A stretch of 64,000 nt of DNA from IMG/VR virus record IMGVR_UViG_3300034073_003340, positions 356,634 through 420,633 of that record. One strand, given 5' to 3'. Each line of letters starts with the position of its first letter. Positions within the stretch are counted from its first letter, which is position 1. This DNA comes from a virus. Below, piece by piece: positions 16,800-25,968 of this stretch. The notes under the pieces are model-generated. The model made no database searches, had not been told where the DNA came from, and saw nothing but the letters and a program-made list of their open reading frames with translations. The position numbers were made by a program, and so were the translations under genes.

Positions 16800-18053
16800 T
16801 CAGTAATCAAAGTTATCATCCACCAACACGATATCTCCACTATGGGTGGTCTTGATCTTGATAGTATACTTGGTCACCTCATCAGGCATGTGGGTATGTG
16901 GTTGACGTTCAGGCTCGTGTAGACTTCGGTTATATCCATAACTAAGGGTTCTTGCCGGTTGGGTGCTGACAAACTCACAATCGTTATCGATTTTGTCCTT
17001 GTCCCATGAATAGATCCAAACTTTATCAAAACCGTTGCGATTTCGAGCACAAGTTTCATGATACTGATTCATCGAGAAAGAGCACCAGCGATCTTTCTGT
17101 CCAGGCATGAAGCCAAAGAATGTCCCCTTTTTATATTTGCTGGCTTCCACAAACGGCAGAGTCTCCGGTATAATGATCAGATCACTTTTTTTTGGCGGCT
17201 GGGTTGTTACAGCTGAAATTCGACCCCGGTAGCTGGGGCTAGTTTCGCTTACAGCTGAATGATAATGGTTGGTCTTAATAGTCTTGATACAAGCCGCATT
17301 GATCTCTTTCTCGGCGGCTTCCTGCGTCAGAGAGCCGTCTCCGGGAATGATTTCAGCCAACTTGGGCGTTGCGACGCTATCCCAGCTATCACCGTTCTTG
17401 AAGAGCCAGCGTTGTTTGTCACCTAGTATCTGAGCAATACTGGAGTAGCTATAAGAGCTATAAATGAGATAAAACTTTCCGTAGAAGATTCCTTCGTTGC
17501 CGTTCTGCATGACAACTTTGTCGCCAAGCTTGAGGTCTTTGAGGCTGGCCTTCTTGGCTGCTCGCTCCGTATTCTGCTGAGCGGCGCGATAGGCATCACT
17601 ATCAACAGGAACCAAAACATTCTCTGATCCGAGCCGACCCCAAATCAACTGTTCCTGAATCTCACCCCTTTCCAGGGTACAGTTCATGATGATCTGAGCA
17701 AAGTTGGGGCTGGAAATTTCCAGCTCAAACCCACGCGGGTCTTCAATCCGCCATTTGACATTTCCTTGCCCAAAGCTACTTGAACGCCGAATTTCCCGTG
17801 AAAGCTTGAAACCCACCATGGGCTTGTTTTCATAGGTAACACTGGGGACTTTTTCCTGTTTGGGCTGACCATGATACTGATATGGAGTTGCCCATTTGTC
17901 GACACTTTCCTTGCGCTTCTTAGCCGCAGCGTCAGTGCCGTCTGGAGTCATAAACCCAAGCGGGCAGTTATCCTGAGAAGGGCGGCTTTGAAACCCCACA
18001 TAATGATGTGAAGGGAATTTGATATCTTTGTTGTCAGCTGAAATCTTACTCAT
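16800..18053 (-). CDS. Hypothetical protein
   Basis: 417-aa ORF, no recognised motif. Confidence 0.45.
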   Translation of the reverse strand: MSKISADNKDIKFPSHHYVGFQSRPSQDNCPLGFMTPDGTDAAAKKRKESVDKWATPYQYHGQPKQEKVPSVTYENKPMVGFKLSREIRRSSSFGQGNVKWRIEDPRGFELEISSPNFAQIIMNCTLERGEIQEQLIWGRLGSENVLVPVDSDAYRAAQQNTERAAKKASLKDLKLGDKVVMQNGNEGIFYGKFYLIYSSYSYSSIAQILGDKQRWLFKNGDSWDSVATPKLAEIIPGDGSLTQEAAEKEINAACIKTIKTNHYHSAVSETSPSYRGRISAVTTQPPKKSDLIIIPETLPFVEASKYKKGTFFGFMPGQKDRWCSFSMNQYHETCARNRNGFDKVWIYSWDKDKIDNDCEFVSTQPARTLSYGYNRSLHEPERQPHTHMPDEVTKYTIKIKTTHSGDIVLVDDNFDY

Positions 18054-18064
18054 AAATCCCTCTT

Positions 18065-18298
18065 TTAGCTTTGAAGTTTCAAAAACATCGCATATCGCTT
18101 TTCGATCTTTTCGATCGCTTCAAGATACGGTTTGGCGGCTTCTTCCGCCGCCAATCGTTTTGCTTGATTCATTTCCAGCTTGAGATCTTGTATTTGATTC
18201 CACATATCCGTGATAGCAGAACCTTCACTAAGGATCTCCTGCTCGGTTGACTCGGATTTACCCATCAACTGTTTACGGATATCAGCAAGAATACTCAT
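18065..18298 (-). CDS. Small hypothetical protein
   Basis: 77-aa ORF coupled (ATGA overlap) to the upstream L7/L12-like gene. Confidence 0.4.
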   Translation of the reverse strand: MSILADIRKQLMGKSESTEQEILSEGSAITDMWNQIQDLKLEMNQAKRLAAEEAAKPYLEAIEKIEKRYAMFLKLQS

Positions 18299-18747
18299 GC
18301 GAAGTTGACCTCAAACCCACACTGGCGCAGCTCTTCTATACTATTCAGTATACTCTTTTCACGATTTAGAGGATCATCGCCTGTCGAACGTTCCAGTTCA
18401 GCTGTTTGGACTGATGTCTCTGCTTTTTCAATAGCTGCCTTTGATTCCACCAAACCCAAATTGGTCATGCTCCGCAGGACCTTTATGGCCCGGATCTTGA
18501 ATCCAATGCCGGATCCACCGCTTCGATAAAGATCATCATCAACAAGGCGAAATGAAATTCGGCCAGTAACTTGATATAGATTGGATAGCTTATTGAGGAT
18601 CACGCGATCCTTCCATGACTTGCCAAGTGTTCCTTCAAGCGCAGAAATCGCTTGATTAGCAGTCTCCGCCCCAAACGTAAGGTTGACCACCCGCAGAAAC
18701 TGCTGACTTATTTCGTCCAGCAATTGGGTATCCACCTTGTTTTCCAT
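18295..18747 (-). CDS. Ribosomal protein L7/L12 C-terminal-domain-like protein
   Basis: C-terminal 70 aa align to the bL12 CTD: GFKIRAIKVLRSMTNLGLVESKAAIE...ELRQCGFEV versus [24 protein letters not shown]...LEEAGAEVEV. Confidence 0.5.
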   Translation of the reverse strand: MENKVDTQLLDEISQQFLRVVNLTFGAETANQAISALEGTLGKSWKDRVILNKLSNLYQVTGRISFRLVDDDLYRSGGSGIGFKIRAIKVLRSMTNLGLVESKAAIEKAETSVQTAELERSTGDDPLNREKSILNSIEELRQCGFEVNFA

Positions 18748-18847
18748 AAAGTCTCCTATTACAAGACAGGTTGTATACTCTAGATAACATCTGTCAAGCT
18801 TCTAGATAAGTATTGTGATAGAAAGGAGACTTTGCTAGACAGAACGA

Positions 18848-19444
18848 ATGCCTTGGACCTTTGAACAGAGAATCCATAAAGCGTGTAATGCGTTGGTAGA
18901 TCGTAGCCTGCTAGATGAGTCACAGATCGAGACTCTTCGCAGACCACTATACTTTGGGCAGTACGCCTATAGTATTGGCTTATCTTTGAATCTGGCCCAT
19001 TGGGGCGATTGGCGGGAAATCAAACAATTTCTTCATGGAGTTTTTGAACCCATGAATGCCACAATTCAAAGCAATCAGCGGACCTATCAGTTTAATGCTT
19101 TTTCCAGCGATCCTAATATGCTTCGCTGGTTCATCCGTCATCAGTCCATGTTTACATTCAATCATATCCGCATTGTCGACAGATCGTGCTGGCATCTTAG
19201 TCTTCCCAAGCCTCGCCCCAAAGCGAAGTTTTATGGAGAGTTCGGATGGCGGTTCGAGTTTAAAGATTCAAAATGGGGATTGGATGCTGACAATGTTGCT
19301 GAACTTGATAAGCTGTCAGGCCCAGTCAAGCTGGTAACAAAACCACGCACCTTTCTCTATTTGGATAAGCTATCAGATGTTCTCATGTTCAAACTCATCG
19401 TAGGTGAGCAACTTCTGAGCTTGGATGACCGACATACCTTGTAG
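18848..19444 (+). CDS. Long (198 aa) member of the FKLTWGG family
   Basis: C-terminus ...YLDKLSDVLMFKLIVGEQ with an upstream W-rich segment. Confidence 0.5.
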   Translation: MPWTFEQRIHKACNALVDRSLLDESQIETLRRPLYFGQYAYSIGLSLNLAHWGDWREIKQFLHGVFEPMNATIQSNQRTYQFNAFSSDPNMLRWFIRHQSMFTFNHIRIVDRSCWHLSLPKPRPKAKFYGEFGWRFEFKDSKWGLDADNVAELDKLSGPVKLVTKPRTFLYLDKLSDVLMFKLIVGEQLLSLDDRHTL

Positions 19445-19513
19445 GTTTTGTTGACATCCAACCTCTCTCCGAGGTATAAAGGGAGTTCGGATCAACAATT
19501 CATGAGGTGATGG

Positions 19514-20056
19514 TTGAGATTTTTTGGATTAATGATGCTTTTCTTGTTCTGTTTGCTAACGCCAAAACCAGCCGAAGCAGGAACACTTACTAGATACCAG
19601 GGGCTGCATACTGCGGTTCGCAAAGCTGGACCACTGATTCCTCAGATTCAGCAAGCCAATGCGACCGATCAGGACCAGATGTTATGTATGGCACTTAACA
19701 TCTATCATGAGATTCGAGGGGGGACTTCTCGAGATCAGTGGGCGGTGGCGTTTGTGACTATCAATAGAACAAAACGGAGCGCGTTTCGTGCTCGTACGGT
19801 TTGTGCTGTTGTTTGGTCGCCAAGCCAGTTCTCTTGGACTCGTAAGCCAATGAAAGCACAGATACCGCGTGAGAAGTCAGCATGGGCAGAAAGCCAACGC
19901 AAAGCTGCCTTGATTCTTACAGGTGAGAGAATGAATGATCCTACGAACGGAGCGACGCACTTTAGTCGATCGCTCAATCAATCATGGGCTAGAAACCTGA
20001 TTAACAAAGTTCGTATCGGAGCCCACTGGTTCGCGAGGTTGCCTGGCAGCAACTAG
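19514..20056 (+). CDS. SleB-type cell-wall hydrolase (Hydrolase_2 family) with signal peptide; endolysin candidate
   Basis: Signal peptide MRFFGLMMLFLFCLL...AEA, and the core MLCMALNIYHEIRGGT...AVAFVTINRTK...RTVCAVVWSPSQFSW matches the SleB catalytic domain. Confidence 0.7.
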   Translation: MRFFGLMMLFLFCLLTPKPAEAGTLTRYQGLHTAVRKAGPLIPQIQQANATDQDQMLCMALNIYHEIRGGTSRDQWAVAFVTINRTKRSAFRARTVCAVVWSPSQFSWTRKPMKAQIPREKSAWAESQRKAALILTGERMNDPTNGATHFSRSLNQSWARNLINKVRIGAHWFARLPGSN

Positions 20057-20081
20057 GATTTCCACAAACTCAAAAGAAAGA

Positions 20082-20110
20082 AGAGCCCGCCCCTAATAAG
20101 GGCGGGCTCT
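20082..20110. terminator. Bidirectional terminator between convergent SleB-like and queD genes
   Basis: AGAGCCCGCCC-ctaataa-GGGCGGGCTCT, followed by ATAGTTTTCGG. Confidence 0.65.
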
Positions 20111-20134
20111 ATAGTTTTCGGATAGTCTGATAAA

Positions 20135-20689
20135 TCAGCCAATATATAAGGCTGAATTTGAACCATGTTCAAAACATTCTACCGAAACAAGACGAACGTC
20201 CGGATTGACAGCATAACGACCCAATTCGCCAGTCTTCATCTTTTCCAGTAGTTCAGATGCTTTATCATAAACCAACTTTGCTGTTAGTTCACATCCTACA
20301 CCAGGAACGATCCTGAGGTTACATACCCTTCCTTCTTCAAAAGGCTCAGCTTCGGAGTCAGGTTCTAGGCCATCGTAAACAGAATGAATGGAAAAGCTGG
20401 CTAGCTCTTTGAACTTTTCAAGGGCCGGATCATCCTTGGCGACCAAGATAGTGTGATCAAACATATAGTCTAGGTATTCCTTAATTGGCTTCATACCGCC
20501 AAAATCAAAACACCAGTTCTTTTCATCAAGGGTCTCTGATTCAAAGACAAACTTGAAGCCCAGACTATATCCGTGAAGCGTAGAACAGTGCGAGTGATTT
20601 GCCTTCCACTGACGGAAGCAACAGGAGAGACCACGGTCGGTTCCGTAGGTCTTGGTAGATTGAAACTTTGCCATTTTTATGGTTCTCAT
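20135..20689 (-). CDS. queD: 6-carboxytetrahydropterin synthase / 6-pyruvoyl-tetrahydropterin synthase family (QueD-like)
   Basis: CxxxHG motif region (HSHCSTLHGYSLGFKFVFE) and overall PTPS-like layout; common in T4-like marine phages. Confidence 0.55.
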   Translation of the reverse strand: MRTIKMAKFQSTKTYGTDRGLSCCFRQWKANHSHCSTLHGYSLGFKFVFESETLDEKNWCFDFGGMKPIKEYLDYMFDHTILVAKDDPALEKFKELASFSIHSVYDGLEPDSEAEPFEEGRVCNLRIVPGVGCELTAKLVYDKASELLEKMKTGELGRYAVNPDVRLVSVECFEHGSNSALYIG

Positions 20690-20788
20690 TTTCGTGACAC
20701 AGAATCTTTAAAGAGGGATGAGTCGTCGTCCTCTATCATTCATTTATATAGAACTGGACAAAAATCTGCAATATAGACTTCACCAGAA

Positions 20789-21184
20789 TTGAACCATATA
20801 AGGTCCAATATGTCACAGAATTTAACACCACAGGACCAAGCTATTTGGGATCAGGTTACCAAGGATGTGATACCTCTGGATAATCGCCCAGAGAAGCCCT
20901 GTGAGAACCTCGCTCGACTTAGGGTAGCCGAGCCCCGTAGCGTTCCTTTTAGCCCTCGTATGGACCTACACGGCGCTACAATACACGACGCTTTTGGTAG
21001 AGTACAGGAACATATCTATCAGGGTTCTCAGAATGGATATAAGAGGTTGATTATCATCACCGGACGTTCCGGACAAATCAACCAAGAACTACCAAGATGG
21101 CTAGAGAAAAACGCTCTGGTAAGATCGGTCAAACAACTCTCAAACGGTGGATCATGGGAAGTAACAATCAAACCCGCTATATAG
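20789..21184 (+). CDS. Smr (small MutS-related) domain protein
   Basis: MDLHGATIHDAFGRVQEHI...KRLIIITGRSGQ...LPRWLEKNALV matches the Smr LDLHG...IIHGKG pattern. Confidence 0.65.
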   Translation: MNHIRSNMSQNLTPQDQAIWDQVTKDVIPLDNRPEKPCENLARLRVAEPRSVPFSPRMDLHGATIHDAFGRVQEHIYQGSQNGYKRLIIITGRSGQINQELPRWLEKNALVRSVKQLSNGGSWEVTIKPAI

Positions 21185-21429
21185 ATGCTGATAAGCTCAA
21201 AGAAGCTTTGGCGTCCATGTACGCTGACTCTGGTACCAAATACACAAATGGGCAGATTGAGAGCCAAATCAATCAAATGATTTCTGGGGCGATCATGATC
21301 TCTCTCGAGGCTTTCAAGCACCAAATCATCGATGCGATCGATAAAGCATCAGTGCCCTACGACAAGTGTATGCTTTGTGTTCAGCGCGATTCCTGCATAC
21401 CCCAGCATCCACTAGGTGAGAAACCTTAG
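21154..21429 (+). CDS. Hypothetical protein (probable start at internal ATG 21154 of ORF 21097..21429)
   Basis: The listed ORF overlaps the Smr gene by 88 nt; the internal Met MGSNNQ gives a shorter overlap. Confidence 0.35.
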   Translation: MGSNNQTRYIDADKLKEALASMYADSGTKYTNGQIESQINQMISGAIMISLEAFKHQIIDAIDKASVPYDKCMLCVQRDSCIPQHPLGEKP

Positions 21430-21782
21430 ATCTCAATCTCTACATCACCACCATTGTCTTTGATATGACGCATGATGTCTAGACCATAAGGGGTGAACGT
21501 ATAGGTTTCAATACTAGCAGGTTTGGATGAGTCGTCAGGCCAGTTCCAATCTATGCCACACTTGATCAGTCCAATCTTTTCAAGGCGGCGAAGTTCTGTA
21601 ACTCTGAACCCTCGACAAATAGGAGCAACCTCCCTGGCTGTTAGAAAAAGCTCTTGACCTGGATCGCTTGCCAACTTCTTCATTACCAACCTGGAATTCA
21701 TGACTTTGAGAAATTCATAGGCAGGTGATCCTTCGCTTATCACCGCGTAGTTGGATCCGTCGATTACCTCAATGTCATACAT
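21426..21782 (-). CDS. Hypothetical protein
   Basis: 118-aa ORF. Confidence 0.4.
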   Translation of the reverse strand: MYDIEVIDGSNYAVISEGSPAYEFLKVMNSRLVMKKLASDPGQELFLTAREVAPICRGFRVTELRRLEKIGLIKCGIDWNWPDDSSKPASIETYTFTPYGLDIMRHIKDNGGDVEIEI

Positions 21783-21796
21783 AATTGATCCTCTGA

Positions 21797-22096
21797 CTAA
21801 TGGGTTTTACAGGCAAGCGTTCCTAGCCATACTAACTTGAAATAGATAGCATCTTGCTTGTTTTCAAAAGATATATTGTGAGGTGTCGTCGTATTATCAA
21901 TGGAGTAACAAGCTTTGGTATGTTTGTTCAACCAAATTGTTTCTTCCATATTGGGTTTGCGAACCAGTCCAATCTGATATTGGTAATATTTGAGGGACTG
22001 GCGATGGGGATATCTCCAGACACTAAGACGCTGGTGGTCTGCGGGAGTCAGCCGGTGCTTGATATCCCAATATTTCCGGCTCACTGTCCACTCCAT
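21797..22096 (-). CDS. FKLTWGG-family small protein (cluster 2 member)
   Basis: C-terminus DAIYFKLVWLGT. Confidence 0.55.
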   Translation of the reverse strand: MEWTVSRKYWDIKHRLTPADHQRLSVWRYPHRQSLKYYQYQIGLVRKPNMEETIWLNKHTKACYSIDNTTTPHNISFENKQDAIYFKLVWLGTLACKTH

Positions 22097-22371
22097 GTCA
22101 ACTTGAACAATACAGCTTCATTGACATCAGAAAACCAGATGTCAACCACAAATTGAAAAGCGATGTCGTTGCCATTGATATATATTGGCTCATAGGTTGA
22201 AACATAGACATCATTTTCGCAGTGGTCCCTTATCCATCTGCACATCTCGTCAGATAACGATGGAATAGATGATGACGATTCAATCTCAGGGTGATTTACT
22301 GGCAGGGCAACAGAGAAAAACCCAGCCTTTTTCCTGAATGTTTCGCTGCGGTTGTAGAGAAATATATTCAT
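22081..22371 (-). CDS. FKLTWGG-family small protein (cluster 2 member)
   Basis: C-terminus RWIRDHCEND...EAVLFKLTWSGQ; overlaps its neighbours by 16 nt and 4 nt. Confidence 0.65.
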   Translation of the reverse strand: MNIFLYNRSETFRKKAGFFSVALPVNHPEIESSSSIPSLSDEMCRWIRDHCENDVYVSTYEPIYINGNDIAFQFVVDIWFSDVNEAVLFKLTWSGQ

Positions 22372-22598
22372 AGGAAAGTTAGTTTAAACAGCAAAGCATG
22401 GTCAAGCTTTTCAAAACACCAAGTTACCACAAAATGAGGCTCGGGTGTTTTAACTAGTTTCCATCCCGCAGTCGTAACTCTACCTGTATTGTGGTCTTTC
22501 ATCCATTGTTTGAACACCGGGGTCGCCACTGGATTATTTCTTATTCCCCTGGTTACCGTTAGACTGTTGGCCGGCACCGTGACATGATACTTTTTCAT
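22368..22598 (-). CDS. FKLTWGG-family small protein (cluster 2 member)
   Basis: C-terminus KQWMKDHN...HALLFKLTFL. Confidence 0.6.
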   Translation of the reverse strand: MKKYHVTVPANSLTVTRGIRNNPVATPVFKQWMKDHNTGRVTTAGWKLVKTPEPHFVVTWCFEKLDHALLFKLTFL

Positions 22599-22858
22599 AG
22601 AAATGTCAACTTGAACATCGCCGCGTGGACCTGGTTGCTGAAGAAGATCTTGGTGGGAAGCTCTTTGATCAGGTTGTGACTAATGTTCATGATGATCCAG
22701 TGGTCACGAACTGGCGTGTATTGGTGTTGGTCAGGGTGGCGGAACTGTCGAGGCCCAACAACCCTTTCCAACCACTCTTCAGCTTCCTGGGTCAACTTTA
22801 CCGCATAGCCTGGCATCCATACACGATCATTGTCGCGATGGACGCTAATTGAAATCAC
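22595..22858 (-). CDS. FKLTWGG-family small protein (cluster 2 member)
   Basis: C-terminus EEWLERVVG...AAMFKLTFL. Confidence 0.6.
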   Translation of the reverse strand: MISISVHRDNDRVWMPGYAVKLTQEAEEWLERVVGPRQFRHPDQHQYTPVRDHWIIMNISHNLIKELPTKIFFSNQVHAAMFKLTFL

Positions 22859-23145
22859 GAGAACTTGGCCTCGAACTCCTGAGCTACCTCGATTCGATCC
22901 TTGGGGAAGAACACGGTTGTGATGTCGTGCTCGTCCGACGAACGCGAGGTCATGACCTCGATACCATGGCCCTCAATGAAGGCACGAGCCTCATCGCCGA
23001 TCACCCAATGAAAGGTGTCCGGCCACTTGTGATCCGTTTCCTTCTTCATATGAGCGAAGCCGACCATGCGTACGGGAATACACAGGGCCTGCTTCGCCCG
23101 TATGCGCTCAAAAGCGGACATGATCTCGGCGTGACGGTCGGTCAT
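22855..23145 (-). CDS. Hypothetical protein in a GC-rich cassette with the CCA gene
   Basis: 96-aa ORF with a 4-nt overlap to cca; local GC is clearly higher than the flanks (by eye). Confidence 0.45.
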   Translation of the reverse strand: MTDRHAEIMSAFERIRAKQALCIPVRMVGFAHMKKETDHKWPDTFHWVIGDEARAFIEGHGIEVMTSRSSDEHDITTVFFPKDRIEVAQEFEAKFS

Positions 23146-24278
23146 GCTTCGATCGCCAGCAGTTCTTCCTTGGTTCGCGTAAACCGACTGAATACCCAGG
23201 CATTCTCCAGCATCCGCAGCCGCTGACCCATGGCCGGGCCAGGCTTCATACCCAGTGCCAGCAGATCCTTACCCGTTACCGGGAAAGTGGGAACCTTGAA
23301 CGCCTCGGCATGACGTGCCAGCGAGGGCTCGCCTGCGATCTCCAGCATGGAAACCACATGATCCAGGGGGAACTTGTCGCGAGTCAGCATAACCTCAACC
23401 CGCTCTTCGGTCCAGTTCAGACCGCGATTGCGAATCAGGTTGCGCACCTTGGCTTCTTCGGCACTGCTCATCTTCCAAAACTTGAAGAAGTTCTCTTCAT
23501 CGGTGTTGGCGATCAGCGTCGACAGAGCAGCAACCGCATCATCCGACCGAGCCAGCTCAACGGGGTTGAACCGGAAAACACCCAGCGCACGATTGACGCC
23601 GGTCTTGAACATCGCGTCAACGATCCGAACCCGAGCCGGCATCTTGGGATCCAGCAGCTTGCTCATTTCCTGCCAAAAACGCTCCACACTGACAAGGTTC
23701 AGTTTGTCCAGAACTTCGGCATCGCTGAACAGATCCAGATCGTCCTGGCTCATCGTGCTGTCGAAACGAGCAGCAAAGCGGAAGTAGCGCAGAATACGCA
23801 GGTAATCTTCCTGGACTCGCAGTTCCGAAACACCAACAAAGCGCACAACCTTGTTCTTCAGATCCTCGCGACCACCAAAGTAGTCGTAAACCAGACCGTT
23901 GAAGTCCATGCTCATTGCGTTGATGGTCAGGTCGCGACGCTCAGCATCAATTTCGAAGCTGCGAGTAAACTCAACCTCGGCATGTCGACCGTCAGTCTCG
24001 ACATCCACGCGCAGGGTGGTGACCTCAAATGCTTCGCCGTCCACGACCAGCGTTGCCGTGCCGTGCTGGACACCGGTGGCAATGAAACCAAACTTGTTGG
24101 TGTTAGCAATAGCTTTCATTTCGTCCGGAGTAGCATCGGTGCAGAAGTCCACATCCTTGGGGACCACACCCAGCAGAGCGTCACGGACGCAACCACCAAC
24201 AAAGCGGATCTCGAAACCGGCAGAAGAAAATGCTTCTCCCAGCTTGCGCGTTTCCGGTGTCATCAGCTTGTCCAGCAC
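23142..24278 (-). CDS. cca: tRNA nucleotidyltransferase (CCA-adding enzyme) / poly(A) polymerase family
   Basis: Pol-beta head GGCVRDALLG..PKDVDF, RRDLTINA, and the neck ED..RILRYFRFAARF motif. Confidence 0.8.
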   Translation of the reverse strand: MLDKLMTPETRKLGEAFSSAGFEIRFVGGCVRDALLGVVPKDVDFCTDATPDEMKAIANTNKFGFIATGVQHGTATLVVDGEAFEVTTLRVDVETDGRHAEVEFTRSFEIDAERRDLTINAMSMDFNGLVYDYFGGREDLKNKVVRFVGVSELRVQEDYLRILRYFRFAARFDSTMSQDDLDLFSDAEVLDKLNLVSVERFWQEMSKLLDPKMPARVRIVDAMFKTGVNRALGVFRFNPVELARSDDAVAALSTLIANTDEENFFKFWKMSSAEEAKVRNLIRNRGLNWTEERVEVMLTRDKFPLDHVVSMLEIAGEPSLARHAEAFKVPTFPVTGKDLLALGMKPGPAMGQRLRMLENAWVFSRFTRTKEELLAIEA

Positions 24279-24315
24279 GTCGATCTCCTCTTTGTTACAA
24301 GGGTAGTTCTAACAC

Positions 24316-25044
24316 CTATTCGGGAGACGTCAACCTATTTGATTTTATTGTCAGCATTCTGGCTTTGAATTCTTCAGCAAGATCAGGGCGAAACAAAAAT
24401 ACCATAGCAAGCTGCCAAATACGCTGCTGTCTCCGCTCCTCAGACTTTTTGTTTCTCTCGGCATCGCGGATTTGCTTTGCTCCGGACAGCTTGCGATTTC
24501 GCTTGGTCCAGAGTTCGGGATTCTGTCGCGCTTTGAGAAAATCCTCAAAGGGTTCAGTTTGGCGATCACTGTTACATAGGGTACAAGCGAGAGCCAGATT
24601 ACTCAGCTTATCAGTGCCGCCATACATCTGAGGAATCTTATGATCCACCGTGGCCATTTGCTTTACCAGCATACCTTCCGGCGGACGCTGTTTTTTAACA
24701 CCCTCAACTGGTAGCCAGGTTTGACAATTACAAAATACGCAACGTCCATCCTGTTGGTTGAAGAGCTTGATGAGCTTTTTGCGCCTACTCATAGTGAATT
24801 TGGTATACCACCACTCCTTTTGATCGGGCGTTGGCCACTTTCGATTGACACCAGCTCGTATGACCTGACTATACGTCATATGATCAAGATGGCCAGCATG
24901 AATTTTATTTGTCTGGCTTACTGGGGATGCGATTGTAGATGTCTCGCATAACAAAGATGGGAAACATGATGAGTCGGACTGCTCCAACAACGAGTCGTTC
25001 TTGAATTCCTCGATTCTTTCCATGTTCCATTTTGTAATCTCCAT
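24316..25044 (-). CDS. HNH endonuclease
   Basis: CVFCNCQ...VDHKIPQMYGGTD...NLALACTLCN: an HNH core with flanking Cys pairs. Confidence 0.7.
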   Translation of the reverse strand: MEITKWNMERIEEFKNDSLLEQSDSSCFPSLLCETSTIASPVSQTNKIHAGHLDHMTYSQVIRAGVNRKWPTPDQKEWWYTKFTMSRRKKLIKLFNQQDGRCVFCNCQTWLPVEGVKKQRPPEGMLVKQMATVDHKIPQMYGGTDKLSNLALACTLCNSDRQTEPFEDFLKARQNPELWTKRNRKLSGAKQIRDAERNKKSEERRQQRIWQLAMVFLFRPDLAEEFKARMLTIKSNRLTSPE

Positions 25045-25061
25045 ATCATTACAACCGTAGT

Positions 25062-25307
25062 CTATTCACCACCAAAGGTCAACTTGAAAAGAATAGCAGT
25101 CTGTTTGCTTTCAAAGGCAAAGACATCCCGAGCTCTCTCACGACCCAGATAGTCATAATCTTGGACGATTTCCAAGTTGGCTTCTCTTAGCCAAAACTCT
25201 ATTTCTCGCATTCTTCGCCCGACCGCCGTTTTGACAACATGACGGGATGATATATTACTCAAATCCATCATCAAACCCCATATCAAAATACTGTGCGTCG
25301 TCGTCAA
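25062..25307 (-). CDS. FKLTWGG-family small protein (single)
   Basis: C-terminus EFWLREANL...TAILFKLTFGGE. Confidence 0.6.
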   Translation of the reverse strand: MTTTHSILIWGLMMDLSNISSRHVVKTAVGRRMREIEFWLREANLEIVQDYDYLGRERARDVFAFESKQTAILFKLTFGGE

Positions 25308-25968
25308 ACATTCGGTCTAGTTCATGTTTCTCAATATCATCTGCCCCCATAGAATCAAAATAATCGTCATCCTCTGAGTCTACTTGATGCCACTCTGCTT
25401 CATTGAAGTTCTTAAATTTGAAGTCCCGCTCAAGCAAAGCAACATAGAAGATATAATGTGGATCTCCCAGATCAGGAACATAGGTTATCTCAAGTGTGTA
25501 TATACCATAAGCCCCTAGGCTCTGTTTAAGCCTTTGTGTGAGATTTTTTAAATTTTCTGGAAATCTCACCTTGAGTTGTCCAGACCATCCCTTGCCAAAA
25601 ACCGCCTCGTCATCATTTAACCCAATATAGAAAATGGTGTCGATGTCATCGACAGTCATGTTTCTAAATTCCATATTTCGCGGACGGAAAAATATCTTTT
25701 CGTCCATGTCAAGGTGATTCAAAGGCACGTTATTGAGTGGCAATGGATTGGCATTAAGCCAGTTCTCAACCCCTTTTAAAGAATTGATGCTTTGGAGATT
25801 GTTTCTATGAATCTTATACTGATCAACAATCATTCGCAGACGGCGATAGGTCTCGGGTGATGCGGTTGACCACCGACGATCAGAAACAGCGTTATTGACT
25901 GAAAGAGCAAATTGTCTGAATTCAAACCATGAGCTGAATCTACGGTTATCCAAAACACTCCTGATCAT
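25255..25968 (-). CDS. Hypothetical protein with an acidic C-terminal tail
   Basis: 237 aa with a D/E-rich C-terminus (DDDAQYFDMGFDDGFE). Confidence 0.4.
   Translation of the reverse strand: MIRSVLDNRRFSSWFEFRQFALSVNNAVSDRRWSTASPETYRRLRMIVDQYKIHRNNLQSINSLKGVENWLNANPLPLNNVPLNHLDMDEKIFFRPRNMEFRNMTVDDIDTIFYIGLNDDEAVFGKGWSGQLKVRFPENLKNLTQRLKQSLGAYGIYTLEITYVPDLGDPHYIFYVALLERDFKFKNFNEAEWHQVDSEDDDYFDSMGADDIEKHELDRMFDDDAQYFDMGFDDGFE

Noticed and set aside
23310-24368. 352-aa plus-strand ORF (and 23374..23787, 23899..24306) overlapping the CCA enzyme gene
   Set aside because: These are antisense ORFs inside a GC-rich gene, where stop codons are rare on all frames. The minus-strand product has unmistakable CCA/Pol-beta motifs, and the plus-strand translations are Ser/Arg/Ala low-complexity.
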